Below, one piece after another: positions 51,117 to 64,000 of a DNA stretch of 64,000 nucleotides. The translations under genes and the position numbers were made by a program. The notes under the pieces were generated by a model that was not told where the DNA came from, did no database searches, and was given only the letters and a program-made list of their open reading frames with translations. Positions within the stretch are counted from its first letter, which is position 1; every line of letters starts with the position of its first letter. The stretch comes from Eledone cirrhosa. Lineage: Eukaryota. The stretch is taken from contig OZ024753.1 in NCBI GenBank assembly GCA_964016885.1, forward strand, positions 13,392,001 to 13,456,000, in the 5' to 3' direction.

Positions 51117-52374
51117 CTGAAAAACAACAAAACTTTCACTGAATACAGCTGCATTATATTAACTAGCAGAAAAACCACCCTTTGGGTGATTTTTCTGCTA
51201 GTATGTGTGGTGTGCATATTGATATTATATGCAAATATACATACATGTAGATATGATACTCAAATAAAATCGTAATTGACAATATGCACAGAAATTGAAG
51301 AGAGACTGTGTTGCTCTGTCTTCTGTAATCAGTAAAGTAATCCATGATACATTTAAAAAAGACGATATTATATCATCATCTCATCATCATCTTCGTTTAA
51401 CGTCCATCTTCCACGCTAGCATGGGTTAGACGGGAGTTGTCCCATCTGAGGCAAGGTGGTCGGGTGACCATGTCTCGCTCATATAGGACTATCTGGCAGG
51501 TTTTACAGTGTAGAACTGGGAACTTTTTACAGTGTTACCTACACGGCCACATTACAGCGTGGACTGTGTTTTTTTTTTGTCGTGACACCTACACGATCCC
51601 GATCTCATTTATTTGGACTGCATTATATAAACTGCATTACGGTGAAATGTAATGAAAACGAAAGAGGAGAAAATTTAGTGAGGGAAATATAAACCTTATA
51701 TAACGATGCAAATATATGAAATTTAGTACAAAAATTATGTAATATTCATTCATTATTTATTCAAAGTAATCTAACTTATTTTACTAACAGGATAAAAGAA
51801 TATATTCAGGGCACAGTCCCGCACTCCTCCCTTTATTATATTATGATGAGAGTTTCTCCAAATGACATGCTTGATGAACAGTCCTTTTTTGAAAAGATGT
51901 GTGAAGTGAAGCATCTTGCTTAAGAACACAATGTGCTGTCTGGTCCAGGTACTAAACCCACAACCTGACAATCATAAGTCCAACACCCTGCCAACTAGGG
52001 CACTCACTTTCTCAATAATGATAATAATTTCTTTATTGACCATAATGGGGACAATTGAAGACCCTCTTCGGTCACGAATGACCGTGTGATTTGCACCCTC
52101 CGAGGCACAATTCCAAGCAAGGTTTGTGGAAGACCAGCAGTCGCCCATACATACCAGCCTCCACACTACCGATGTTGTCCAAGGGAAAGGCTAAGGCCAA
52201 TAGAGCTCGAAATAGCGTCACAACTCATTTCTACAGCTGAGTAAACTGGAGCAATGTGAAATAAAGTGTCTTACTCAAGGACACAACGCATCACCCGGTC
52301 TGAGAATCCTTACAATTGCAAACCCAATGCTCTAACCCCTAAGCCATGCGCCTTCACATGGGGACAATACAATA

Positions 52375-52797
52375 ATAATAGTGATTTCTAGTATAGGCAC
52401 AAGGCCAGTAATTATTTCTTTTGTGTGTGTGTGTGGGGGGGGGGGTGTCAATTAAATCGACCCCAGTGCATAACTGGTACTTTATTTTATCAACCTCATA
52501 AGAATGAAAGGCAAAGTTAACCTCGGTGAAATTTGAACTCAGTACGTAAAGGGCCATAACTCTGTGCTGCAAAGCATGGTATCTGGTGCTCTACCTATAC
52601 TATAATAATAATAATAATTGTTTCTACTTTTGGCACAAGGCCAGCAATGACCCAGTACATTACTGGTACTTTATTTTATCGACCCTGTAAGGGTGAAAGG
52701 CAAAGTTAACCTTGGCGGGATTTGAACTCAGAATGGCAAGGGCCGTAACTGTGCTGCAAAGCATGGCGTCCGACCCTCTACCGATACTGCCAATCCT
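52375..52797 (-). mobile_element. Two tandem SINE family B copies
   Basis: Two successive reverse-complement copies, 52375-52600 and 52615-52797. Confidence 0.78.
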
Positions 52798-52878
52798 TAT
52801 AATAATAATAACGAAAGGCAAAGTTAACCTCGGCAGGATTAATAATGATGATGATAATGATGATAAGTTGATACTTAC

Positions 52879-53074
52879 AGATAATTGCTTTGGTAAGCAA
52901 GGGATTTAACAATCTTCCACACCCTCGCAGAGACAAGGTACCACTTTTCATCTGGTCCTTGCTGAACAAAAAGTTCATTAAAATCCGTACCATTGCTTGA
53001 CCATCAGTTTTCTTACGAATCACTTCAAAATATTGGTCAGAATGTATGTACACACCAAAACCTATGTGTACCAT
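52879..53074 (-). CDS. BEN-domain gene exon 3 (core BEN-like domain)
   Basis: TTCCAG|MVHIGFGVYIHSDQYFEVIRKKTDGQAMVRILMNFLFSKDQMKSGTLSLRGCGRLLNPLLTKAII|GTAAGT; BEN pattern VHIG.GVYI...LM..LFS...M...TL...LNP...AI. Confidence 0.85.
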
Positions 53075-53701
53075 CTGGAAAAGAAAGGGGAACAAAACAT
53101 GAAACAATCTTTCTTTCCCAATCATACACACATATGTAAAAACCACTGCAAAATGGTTTAAGAGGATATTTGTACCCACAAAATGGCAGAAGATACTGGA
53201 ACAAAATAGTAATTATATCATAGATTGAATAGTTTTGTATTTAAACTTGTGTCTTATTTTCACTAAAATAAATGAACAGACGTTTTGGTCAAGCCAATAT
53301 ACAAGGGTGGGCTGAACAGTTCATAGCTGACTATGAAGGAGTGACGTAACATTTAAAGAGTATACTGCTATATCAGGAACTGCGACCCCTTAATATGTTA
53401 CCTGATTGATTATGTGAGTAATGAGTTTGACTCCTACTTCCCCAAAATATTTCAGCATCTCAGTCACTATCTCTGATGAACCTGTACCTTAACTATCTTT
53501 TATCTCCTTGATCAAAATTGATGGAAGTTACGGAGTAGGTAGGCCCAGAAAAACATGGGACGAATTGATAACATCTGACCTTGCATACTTACACCTCTCT
53601 AAGAGAATGTCACTGGATTGAGACCTTTGGCGCTACGCAGTAATACAGAAGACCTGCCATCCATACGTACAAAGTTAAACCTACAGTCAGTCTTCTTAGT
53701 C

Positions 53702-54290
53702 TTAGTTTCTTCCGCCCTGTTCGGCGCATCGAGCAGTAAGTACTCGCCAACGGTCACGATCAAGGGCAACTTTTTCGAGACCGTGCCAGGTGATATTGAC
53801 TGCCATTAGGTCCTTCCGGAACGTTCGTCGCCTGGTGATCCTTGAACAACCCCGCCTCCTTTTACTGCCAGGCGGAGTCCAGTTCATCGCTGTTTTCGAA
53901 TGCCGTTCATTTGGCAGACGCAGAATATGGCGGCCAGCCAGACGACACCGATGCTCCGTGACCCCTCTCTGTAGCGTCCACGACTCGGCTCTCCTCAGGA
54001 TCTCCTCGTATCGCACTCAGTCGAGCCAGGACACACGAAGGATCTTTCGCAGGCACCGCTGGTGGAAAGCATTCAGCCATCCTCTCTATTTTTGCCGTAC
54101 TCTTCCAGGTTTCGCTCGCATAAAGCACTGTCGGCAGCATGATGCTCTTGTACAGGCGGAGCTTTGGTCTTGGTGCTAATGCATGAAGACGACCAGACTG
54201 GGCACAGCCGCTGGGAAACTGCGGTTCCTTTGCCGATCCAACAGTTGATGTCAAGCTCCGCGTCACCGCTGCTTGTCAGTAGGCACCTCT
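53702..54290 (-). mobile_element. RTE LINE fragment nested within another RTE 3' end (53490-54680)
   Basis: KLRLYKSIMLPTVLYASETW; GRHILRLPNERHSKTAMNWTPPGSKRRRG...DRDRWR. Flanks continue the plus-strand RTE/SINE tail. Confidence 0.8.
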
Positions 54291-54684
54291 TAACTGCCCA
54301 GTCATTAGGCACCTCTTAACCAAATATACACCCCGACCCACACTCCATCCTCCGACTCCCACCAACACCACCCTTTCTCTGTAAAGTTATGTTGGTACCA
54401 CAACATCCAGTTCAAACTAAAGACGTTGTGTAGGTGTCATGACAAAAAAACACCCAGTCCACACTGTAAAGTGGTTGTGTAGGAGACCCGGTAAAAAGGC
54501 TCCCAGTCCACACTGTAAATGTGGTTGTTGTTAGGAAGAGCATCCAGCCATAGAAAACCTGCCAGATAGTCCTATACGAGCGAGACACGATCACCTGATA
54601 AATCTTGCCTCAAGTGGGACAATTCCTGTCTAACCCATGCTAGCGTGGAAGATAGACGTTAAACAATGATGATGATGATTGCTT

Positions 54685-55180
54685 GTATCACCCTATAACT
54701 ATCAATTTTGATAGCTGGTCCCTCTGGTGAGTCAGCTGGCAGACCCAACATTCATCAACCTGTCATAATAGCATTTCAAGGCCTCCTTCTTTTCAGCGTC
54801 AGTGATGTCACCAATGTCATTTTAAACACGCTTTTCCACAACAACATCCTAGTTTTCACTGATAGCTTTGAGATGAAGAAAACTTCACATCTCTGATCAT
54901 TACATCGCAAGACATTCGCAAACCTCCTGCTTTCAGCTTCTCTGTGTGCCCTGTATACCTGTCGTCTAGCTTCTAATTTAGCTACCTGGTAAAAATCTAT
55001 CTGTTCACATTTTTCTAGTCCTACACCAGTCTCTTGACTTTAACAGTTCTATCCACAATGCTGTTCCACCACCAGGTCACTCTTGCTCTGCTCCAACCGC
55101 AAGTCTTGTCAGTAGCCTGCAGAAGGTTGTCATGTAAGAACTTCGAATTGTCATCTATATCAGGCATGTCAAACTGAGGG
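54685..55180 (-). mobile_element. RTE LINE internal fragment
   Basis: LLQATDKTCGWSRARVTWWWNSIVDRTVKVKR...ARRQVYRA...AESRRFANVLR. Confidence 0.7.
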
Positions 55181-55875
55181 TTCCCCCGAGGGCCACATGA
55201 GTCACATATGTGTTGTCTGAGGGCCGCACACAACAACTAATTGCATACATTACAACACATTTTTTTTTTATTTTATATTACAAAGATAAAACATGCTTGT
55301 GCTGTAAAAACCTTGGGCGGGCCACATTTTTAACATGCTTGCTCAATATCATATATATCTTTTCTGAACCTTTTCTCAATTGTGTTTGTTAATTCAGATG
55401 TTTGTTGTACCTTTATTAGCGGTAGTAGAGTAGTCTATTTTTTAATGTGAAGCAGTCGTAATGTTCTTTTTCAAGAATGTCTTGCTAACATAGTTTGGTG
55501 TTTGGAACATAACAAAAGTTTTTACATAAAATTACGATGGAAGGCTTTTAAATATAAACACTTTAAAACAGCTCTGCATCCCAGGATAATGACCGGTTTC
55601 AGGTGGTTTGATATCAAAACGGTAAATGAACAACGATAACACACACACAGATGTTCAATGCAAATTGACAATAGAAAGGTGCTCCCGCTCGAGTTAGAAG
55701 AGAACTATTGACCTTCAAGAGAAGCAGCAACCCCTGATTGTATTCAGCAACCAAAACAAATATGAAGTACACCAAATCCAATGCTCCTAGGAGCGGCGGC
55801 CTTGGTTCTTCTTATTTGCGAGTGTAAACTCGGCCTGATTAAATTAGATTAGAGAACACACACACTGTAATATAC

Positions 55876-55951
55876 CTGATATTTTTCAGCTTCTTCAGCA
55901 GAAACTAAGCCAGCATTAGGTCTTCCATGCTTTGAAATATCCATGCGTTGG
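55876..55951 (-). CDS. BEN-domain gene exon 2
   Basis: TTATTTAG|(G)QRMDISKHGRPNAGLVSAEEAEKYQ|GTATA; 76 nt, phase 2 in and phase 0 out. Confidence 0.7.
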
Positions 55952-56018
55952 CTAAATAAGAAAATAAGAGAAAAAAGATATAGTTTAACATCAACATCAG
56001 AATAAATATAATATATTT

Positions 56019-56400
56019 ATCATCATCATTTTACGTCCGCCTTTCCCTGCTTGCAAGGGTGGTATGGGAACTGATTCTGGCTTGATTTCTACAGCTGAAT
56101 GCTCTTCCTAACACCAACCTCATTTACAGTGAGTGCTGGGTGCTTTTTTTCCAGGCCCCTACACGTCCACTTTAAAGTGTGGGCTCGGTGCTTTTTTGCC
56201 GTGGCACCTCCACGACCACTTTACAATGGAATGATATGGACCCCGTTCCTATCATCTCATTTCTACAGCATAGTAAACTGGAGCAATGTGAAATAAAGTG
56301 TCTTCCTCAAGGAAACAACACATCACCCGGTCTGAGAATTGAACTCACAACCTTTCGATTGCAAGCCCAATGCTCTAACCACTAAGCCATGTGCCTCCAT
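56019..56400 (-). mobile_element. SINE family A, full length
   Basis: Reverse complement of the family A consensus. Confidence 0.85.
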
Positions 56401-57009
56401 TTATACATTATGTAAATGTCTGTGTGTGTGTGACGCACAGTAAATAAAAGGGAAGGGCCCTCAATCGCCAATGGAGTCATAGATGTGCTGTCCTGACACT
56501 GCATGTCTTGGGCATTTTAAACCTAGCAGAGCCCATCCCTCACCAGCTGGGAACAATAAGCTAAAGTACTCGATGATATGCAAATAATCCATCGTAAATG
56601 TGGTATTCCATGGTTGGTGCAGGAACAGAGTAAAATATTTAAAAGACAACAGAAGGTTGGACTCCAAATATTCTTTTAATGTTGCAAAATCACAATCAAT
56701 ATTTCTATGGCCTGGTTATATCATCAGATCATGACGTAAGACTTTCGTGATGTCATCGGGTGTAAATTGCAAAGATTTGGGAATCAATAATAGGAATACA
56801 ACAAACATGAACCATGGGGGTCACATATTCCTCGGCTTATATTTAAGTATATACAGTCCACACTGTAAAGTGGTCGTGTAGGAGATGCGGTAAAAAGACT
56901 CCCAGTCCACACTGTAAATGTGGTTGGTGTTAGGAAGGGCATCCAGCCGTAGAAAACCTGCCAGAGACAGTTCTGTACGAGCGAGACTGTCTCCTGACCA
57001 ATCTTGCCT

Positions 57010-57990
57010 CATCATCATCATCATCATCATTTAACGTCCATCTTCCACACTAGCATGGGTTTGGACGGGAATTTTCCCACTTGAGGCAAGATTGGTTGTC
57101 TTGCTCGTATAGGACTGTCTGGCAGGTTTTCTATGGCTGGATGCCCTTCCTAACACCAACCATTTACAGTGTGGACTGGGAGGTTTTTACTGTGTTACCT
57201 ACACGACCACATTACAGCGTGGACTGTGTTTTTTTGTCGTGACACCTACACGACCTCATTTATTTAGGACTGGATGTTGTGGTACCAACATAACTTTACA
57301 TCGAAAGGTGTGGTAGTAGTGGGACGGGGGTCGGGGTGTATTTTGGTTAAGAGGTGTCTACTGACTGTAGGTTTCGCTTTGTACTTAGGCAAGGCGGGTC
57401 TTCTGTATTACTGCGTAGCGCCAAAGATCTTGGTCCAGTGACATTGTCTTGGAGAGGTGTAAGAGTGTGAGGTCGGAATTTATCAAGTCGTCCCAGGTTT
57501 TTCTGGGTCTGCCTACTCCATGGCTACCGTCTATTTTGATCGCCCTGCACTTTTAAATACAGCTGTCGTCATGCACATCATGTGACCATATCAAATAAGA
57601 GGGATCAGATGCTGTTTATTCTCGGATAAACAGCATCTGATCCCTCTTATTTCTAATTTCTCACTTAGTTCATTTATGCTTTGCCGTTTACGTATATTAC
57701 TATTACACATCGAACGGAGCATGCAAGCTTCGTTCCTCTCCAGTCTGCATATATCCTCTGCACACAATACCCAAGTCTCACTGCCATGTAACATTGCTGT
57801 TCGTATGCAGGCATCATACAGCCTGCCTTTCATTTTTAGAGAGAAACCTTTAGCGGCCAATAGTGGTATAAGCTCTCTGAACTTTTTCCATCCTGTTCCG
57901 ACTCTAGCTACTGTACTTTCAGAGCACCCTCCCCCACTGCTGATTTTGTCACCCAGGTAACGGAAGGTGTCCACTATTTCTATAGAACCA
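57010..57990 (-). mobile_element. RTE LINE 3' portion with (ATG)n tail
   Basis: DTFRYLGDKISSGGGCSESTVARVGTGWKKFRELIPLL...RLYDACIRTAMLHGSETW, then the same 3' region as 7390-8050. Confidence 0.88.
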
Positions 57991-58964
57991 GTGGAACAAA
58001 ACCGTCTAACCCATGCTAGCGTGGAAGATGAACGTTAAACGATGATGATGATGATAGAGTATTAACTTTGTTAATGATAATAACATTGACTGTTTCACCT
58101 TCTGTATCTTCATCTTCTTTACTTTTTACTTCATCTGTATTCTATGCTTCACTTGGATTCCTGACAAATATTTATGACGGAATTTCACTGAGGTCAACAA
58201 ACAAATGAAACACTAAATGCCCTTGGCACCTGTCCATGTAGGTACCTTTCATCAAAATGAATTCCACTGCATCTCTATATAAGATCCAGACATTTGGTCT
58301 CAGAATGGAACGGTTTTTTTAATTAGCCCTAAACTACCATTGTACAGTAAAAAATACAATTTTTTTTTTTACTTTTATTGTATTTTCTATTTTATTTTAT
58401 CTTATATTTGATTTATTTACAAACTGTAACTTTATATTTTATATTTCGACTTTTACCTTTATTATCTCTTATTTTTTTATTATTTTTTATTCTTTACTGT
58501 GTATTTATTTGATATATTCCATGATTTTGCTGCTACGGATCATGAGGCAATTTATATCAACATCAAGATAACTTCCTGAAGGTAGAATACAACTAAATAT
58601 GTTCAGGCAAGCAGCTAATGAACTAATTACATCAGAGTCAAGCAAAATGTTTACACAAGATTTGGATTCTGTTATGTAATTACAATTACCACTGAGTTGT
58701 TTAAAAAAGGAAGGGTCTATCTATCTGATAGACACCATGGGCTACAGCCAGAGTTAAGACAATTGTTAAGACAATTTGAAATATTTTCCACCATCAATTG
58801 TTAAAAAACAAGTTAAAATCATTAAGTCATCCATTCGTAACTTAAATTACACTTTAATTACATACACACACATCTACACATAAATACATAAACAGATACA
58901 GACAACAGAAGGAAGGGGCTGGTGAAACGCTATAGAGATGTGTGTTGCATCACTTTAGGGTTTA

Positions 58965-59645
58965 TGGGCACATGGCTTAGTGGTTTTGTGAGTTCAATTC
59001 TCAGACCGGATGATGTGTTTCCTTGAGCAAGACACTTTATTTCACATTGCTCCTATTACAGTCAGTAGGCATCTCTAACAAAATACACCCCCGTCCCACC
59101 ACCCCCACCCCATCCACACCGCCCCTTTCAAAGTTATGTTGGTGCCACAAAATCCAGGCCGAAACAAATGAGATCGTGTAGGTGTCACGAAAAAAAACAA
59201 AAAAAACACACAGTCCACGCTGTAAATGTGACCGTGTAGGCAACACGGTAAAAACGTCCCAGTCCCACACTGTAAATGTGGTTGGTGTTAGGAAGGGCAT
59301 CCAGCTGTAGAAAACCTGCCAGACAGTCCACGCTGTAATGTGGCCGTGTAGGCAACACGGTAAAAACCTCCCAGCCCCACACTGTAAATGTGGTTGGTGT
59401 TAGGAAGGGCATCCAACTGTAGAAAACCCGCCAGACAGTCCTATGCGAGCAAGACAACCACTCTTGCCTCAAGTGGGAAAACTCCCGTCCAAACCCATGC
59501 AAGCATGGAACACGGACGTTAAACGATGATGATGATGATGATGCTCCAGTTTACTCAGCTGTAGAAATCAAGCCAGAATCAGTTCCCGTCCCACCCTTGC
59601 AAGCAGGGAAAAGCGGACGTAAGAATGATGATGATGATGATGATA
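58965..59645 (+). mobile_element. SINE A with an RTE-tail fragment inserted
   Basis: SINE head to CACATTGCTCC (about 59053), insert to about 59541, then resumes GCTCCAGTTTACTCAGC. Confidence 0.7.
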
Positions 59646-60208
59646 GCCTATTCATCACCATTTAAGGTCCATTTTGTCCCATTGTGAGACAAGCCAGATC
59701 AGGTGGCCATGTCTTGCTCATACAGAACTCAATAAGAGATATTGTAATGAGAGTCACAATAAATACCAGGATAGCAGTTAGATTCAATTTTATCTGAAAG
59801 TTCTCATCATCACCATCACCATTTAACGTCCATTTTTGCACACTAGCATGGATTAGATGAGTTGTCCCATTGTGAGACAAGTCAGATCAAGTGGCCATGT
59901 TTTGCTCATACAGAGCTATTTCTGGCTTGGTTTCTACAGCTGGATGCCCTTCCTAACACCAACCATATTATAGTGTAGACTGGATACTTTTTATCATTGC
60001 ACCAAAATGACCCAACTGTCAGGTTGGACTGGGTACTTTTTCATCGTGTCACCAGCATGACCACCTTCATTCCAACATACAAAAAAAATGGATGTCCCCC
60101 GCTCCACCAGCCAACATGGAAAACTAGACATGCCCGCACCCTCACTCTACCTTGTACCTCGATAAAACAGTTGCAATTCGGAAAGGTAAATCCAGCCATG
60201 GAGGCCAT

Positions 60209-60240
<32 letters not shown>

Positions 60241-60631
60241 GAATGTATAAACTAAAGGTGACCTACTTACTGTCCAGTCTAGTATCAGAGCAGGACACTC
60301 CATCTGGCATGTGGGGGGTGAGGAATAGGTGTTAAACGATGATGAACTTCTCTCTCCCTTCCAGTTTTCCTATCCACCCCACGCATGGAAAACCAAACAC
60401 ACTTCACACCTGTTCACCTGACTTATCCAGCCGTCTAACCCATGCACGCATGGAAAATGGATGGACGCTAACTGATGTTGATGATAATGATATATATATA
60501 TATAATTATAAAGAACAGTGTTGCATCATCTCAACCGGCATACCACCTACGGACGTATTTACCTTGCAACCCTACAACTATATATGTGACCTCACCATCT
60601 TATTTTGTTATTTTTATTTATATTATCATTC

Positions 60632-60956
60632 CATTTTACGTCCGCTTTTTCCCTGCTTGCAAGGGTGGGACGGGAACCGATTCTGGCTTGATTTCTACAG
60701 CTGGATGCCCTCCCTAACACTAACCTCATTTACAGTGAGTGCTGGGTGTTTTTTTTGCCGTGGCACCTACACATCCACTTTACAGTGGAATGATAGGGAC
60801 CCCAGTCCCTATCATCTCATTCTACAGCTGAGTAAACTGGAGCAATGTGAAATAAAGTGTCTTGCTCAAGGAAACAACACATCACCCGGTCTGAGAATTG
60901 AACTCACAACCTTTCGATTGCAAGTCCAATGCTCTAACCACTAAGCCATGTGCCTC
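60632..60956 (-). mobile_element. SINE family A
   Basis: Reverse complement of the family A consensus. Confidence 0.85.
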
Positions 60957-60989
60957 ACACACACACACACACACATACACATACATACA

Positions 60990-61025
<36 letters not shown>

Positions 61026-61026
61026 T

Positions 61027-61220
61027 AGGAATGAGTAGGACCCCGACGGCTGAGCTCAAGCCGTTTCGACGGCTAATTCTGAGTCCAGAATTATCCGTCG
61101 AAACGGCTTGAGCTCAGCCGTCAGGCTCCTACTCGTTCCTATTACCCACTCTACTACCCTAAGTATTGAGTACTTTGGTGCGTTATGGTCCACCTGGTTC
61201 CTTACCACATTTCCTTCGTT
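61027..61220 (+). mobile_element. TA-flanked fold-back element with a hammerhead 3' half
   Basis: Palindrome 61027-61140; right arm GAAACGGCT-TGAGCTC-AGCCGTC^AGGCTCC; tail contains GTATTGAGTAC, also seen at 27782. Confidence 0.6.
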
Positions 61221-61353
61221 ATATATATATATAGTTAGCGCTATCTTTTTCATTTGTATTAATATTCTATATCCATACCTGCATTGTTCTAGCCTTCTAA
61301 CTTCAAACGTGTATACCTCACTACACTGCTTCAAGTAAACTACAATTTCCTTC

Positions 61354-61755
<402 letters not shown>

Positions 61756-61892
61756 CAAAGATTAATATGGTTCATTGATTACACAATGAATATAGTTTTA
61801 CAATAGATTTAAAGCACTCTACAGTAAGTTTTCTGGCGTTATTAATATTATTCAGAATATTAATAAATGAAGACATTCACATAATCAAAATG

Positions 61893-61954
61893 TTTTATTA
61901 TATATATTTCGAAGGTACTGTGCTGTTTTTTCAGTACGTCCTCGTCAGATAAAA
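61893..61954 (-). ncRNA. Type I minimal hammerhead ribozyme fold (mirror copy)
   Basis: Reverse complement of 62071-62132. Confidence 0.68.
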
Positions 61955-62070
61955 TACATGAATTGATGTATGACATACCTCAACTGTCTTGATGGTTCAA
62001 TTCCAGTATTGGCAGATAATGGAATTGAACCATCAAGACAGTTGAGGTATGTCATACATCAATTCATGTA

Positions 62071-62132
62071 TTTTATCTGACGAGGACGTACTGAAAAAAC
62101 AGCACAGTACCTTCGAAATATATATAATAAAA
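62071..62132 (+). ncRNA. Type I minimal hammerhead ribozyme fold
   Basis: TTTTAT-CTGACGA-GGACGTACTG..CAGTACCTTC-GAAA-TATATATA^ATAAAA; same family as 22860-22920. Confidence 0.7.
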
Positions 62133-62172
62133 CATATTTTGATTATGTGAATGTCTTCATTTATTAATATTC

Positions 62173-62232
<60 letters not shown>

Positions 62233-62234
<2 letters not shown>

Positions 62235-62500
62235 ATGTATAATAAACAATACAATATAATTACCTCATTACCAGAGGTTTCCCGAATAAGACGAATACAA
62301 GAAACGTCCGCATTCGTTCGTCAGACAAGGAATTGCCTTGTCTGACGAACGAATGCGACGTTTCTTGTATTCGTCTTATTCGGGAAACCTCTGGTAATGA
62401 GGTAATTATATTGTATTGTTTATTATACATTAAATTTAGCTCTGTAACTTACATGGAGCACTCTTCACTCTTCCAATTTTCAACGGAAACTTCAATACTT
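62233..62500. mobile_element. Fold-back element: ~98-bp arms, 5-nt loop, plus tail to a TA run
   Basis: 62233-62330 versus 62336-62432. Confidence 0.85.
62336..62402 (+). ncRNA. Type I hammerhead ribozyme fold (mirror copy on minus strand at 62263-62330)
   Basis: CCTTGT-CTGACGA-ACGAATGCGACG..CGTCTTATTCGG-GAA-ACC TCT GGT-A^ATGAGG. Stem I has G-U pairs and the first stem II pair is mismatched. Confidence 0.6.
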
Positions 62501-62664
62501 ATATATATATATGCGAGGGGGTTTCAAAGGGTTCGTGGAAAAAGTACATAGTTAAAAATCATATGCAGGGATTGTGATCTCAAATGAAATTGATAACAAA
62601 AACAAAATTGAAGGCCGTGCCCCAGTATGGTCGAGGTCTAATGACTGAAACCAGTAAAAATAAA

Positions 62665-62845
62665 TTAATTGTTTCTACTTTAGGCACAAGGCCAGCAATT
62701 ACCCAGTGCATTACTGGTACTTTATTTTATCGACCCCGTAAGGATGAAAGGCAAAGTCAACCTCGGCGGGATTTGAACTTAGATCGTAAAGGGACGTAAC
62801 TATGATGGAAAGCATGGCGTCCGACCCTCTACCGATACTGACAAT
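62665..62845 (-). mobile_element. SINE family B
   Basis: Reverse complement of the family B consensus. Confidence 0.8.
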
Positions 62846-63439
62846 TCACAAAATAAATGAATGTTTATATACAGACTTAAACTTCACACCGGCAGATAAG
62901 AAGATATTGAATTATATACAATTTTCTTTTGTTTTAATAGTCTTTACTGTCCCCAAAAATACTTTAAATCATTTGAGAAAATTGTTGACTCAATGAGGAA
63001 AATATATTTAAAATTGTAAATATAAATGGACAAATATTTCTGGGAAAAGACGAGAGAATCATGGTGGGCATTGGAACTTAAATAAGAAGTGGATTATAAT
63101 ATAAATATAGATACAGATTTATATATAAACTGCGTAATGACGTCGTTGGGAAATAAATTAAGTTAAATGTTCATCGAGAAAAATATTTGCAATGGTAATT
63201 AATATAGAAAATAGAAGAAAAATAAAACTAGCACGAAGCTGGCTATAAAGTGAGTGTTTGTTTCAACGTTATAATAAGGGTTAATTTGATCCCCGACTTT
63301 ATGGCATACTACGAAAACAATGACGTTAACATCGGTGAACGAACGTAAGCTCAGATCGTAGATACCTATCAAAGAAAGATGTTGATCTTTCTACTTCTAT
63401 AGACAAAGTATAAATTAGCGTAGATAACATTTTACTTAC

Positions 63440-63468
63440 CCTATATATCTATCCTGTTGAGAAAACAT
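63440..63468 (-). CDS. Probable first coding exon of the BEN-domain gene (MFSQQDRYIG)
   Basis: ATG with an in-frame upstream stop; strong phase-2 donor GG|GTAAGT matching exon 55876-55951; gives a 1017-nt CDS (338 aa). Confidence 0.55.
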
Positions 63469-63930
63469 AGGTTGGTCTTGTTAAAGAGCGAGTATGAGAC
63501 ATTATTGATAAAATAATGAAGATACAATTGCATCAACATCCACAGTTTCTGTACAGACACATATACACGTTTATCACAACGAGGCTTCAATCGATTAGTC
63601 ACGTCTCTCTCTCTTTAATTAATTAGTACTAGTTATGCAAGTTGGTTACTATTTTTCTCAATCACCGTACTCTGATACAGCACTTGTTTTATTTTATATT
63701 TTATTTTTGTACACTCTGTTCATAGGTATTTAATGCTGTCTGTTAATATTTGAATTGAATGCTTTAAGTACACTGTCATTTTAAACACCCACTTCAGTAT
63801 GTATATACATTTTTTATTATATACAGGTTCTTTTGTTATCTTAGCAATTTAATTTGCTTTCTTATGCATTGTTTAGTTTTCAAAATTATTTAAATTTGTG
63901 TTTCATATATATACATTTACTATAGAAATG

Positions 63931-63980
63931 GCTTCTACAGGATTAGAACTGTTTCATTCGGAGGAAATCATCAGAAAAGA
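63931..63980 (-). ncRNA. Hammerhead fold, degenerate stem I
   Basis: Minus strand TCTTTT-CTGATGA-TTTCCTCCGAAT-GAAACAGTTCTAATCCTGTA^GAAGC; core nearly identical to 27486-27536. Confidence 0.55.
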
Positions 63981-64000
63981 TGACTGTCAATGTAATATAG

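Larger units (their letters stand above)
61849..62178. mobile_element. Fold-back element: ~157-bp near-perfect arms, 14-nt loop
   Basis: 61849-62005 versus 62020-62178; the left arm extends as a tail to the (TA)n at 61753. Confidence 0.85.

Noticed and set aside
56690-56732. Minus-strand CTGATGA...GAAA hammerhead candidate
   Set aside because: Stems I and III do not pair convincingly.
58098-58160. Acidic exon-like segment (NTDEVKSKEDEDTEG) on the minus strand
   Set aside because: Stops in all frames after the best acceptor, and the donor phase does not fit the next exon.
62940-62996. Plus-strand acceptor followed by a short ORF as a downstream exon of the 5.3-kb gene
   Set aside because: Reaches a stop in the ORF-track frame, with no antizyme-like sequence or frameshift motif and no clear donor.

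Overview
AT-rich, repeat-dense animal genomic DNA. The tRNA-derived SINEs with (ATG)n tails, long (TA)n tracts and RTE LINEs suggest an octopus or other cephalopod; this is inferred, not verified. Genes: (1) a complete six-coding-exon BUB3 on the minus strand (22753->8190, 327 aa); (2) a five-exon minus-strand gene (63468->47249, about 338 aa) with an N-terminal BEN-like domain, an N/Q/S-rich linker and a C-terminal Cys/His motif resembling a transposase zinc ribbon; (3) a probable first exon of a minus-strand gene leaving the window on the left (2989->2915); (4) a CpG-rich, uORF-loaded plus-strand first exon at about 4.9-5.4 kb. This exon resembles the start of an ornithine decarboxylase antizyme gene, and I found no downstream exon for it, so BUB3 and the BEN gene may be nested antisense in its intron. 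Tandem arrays make up over a third of the window, including a ~13 kb 125-bp satellite built from a SINE 3' half with higher-order structure. The most unusual signal is a set of short elements, mostly embedded in (TA)n, that carry type I hammerhead ribozyme folds and occur as fold-back palindromes, several centred inside a ribozyme hairpin. One hammerhead lies in sense orientation about 100 nt upstream of the BUB3 start exon. All calls are by eye; no searches were run.
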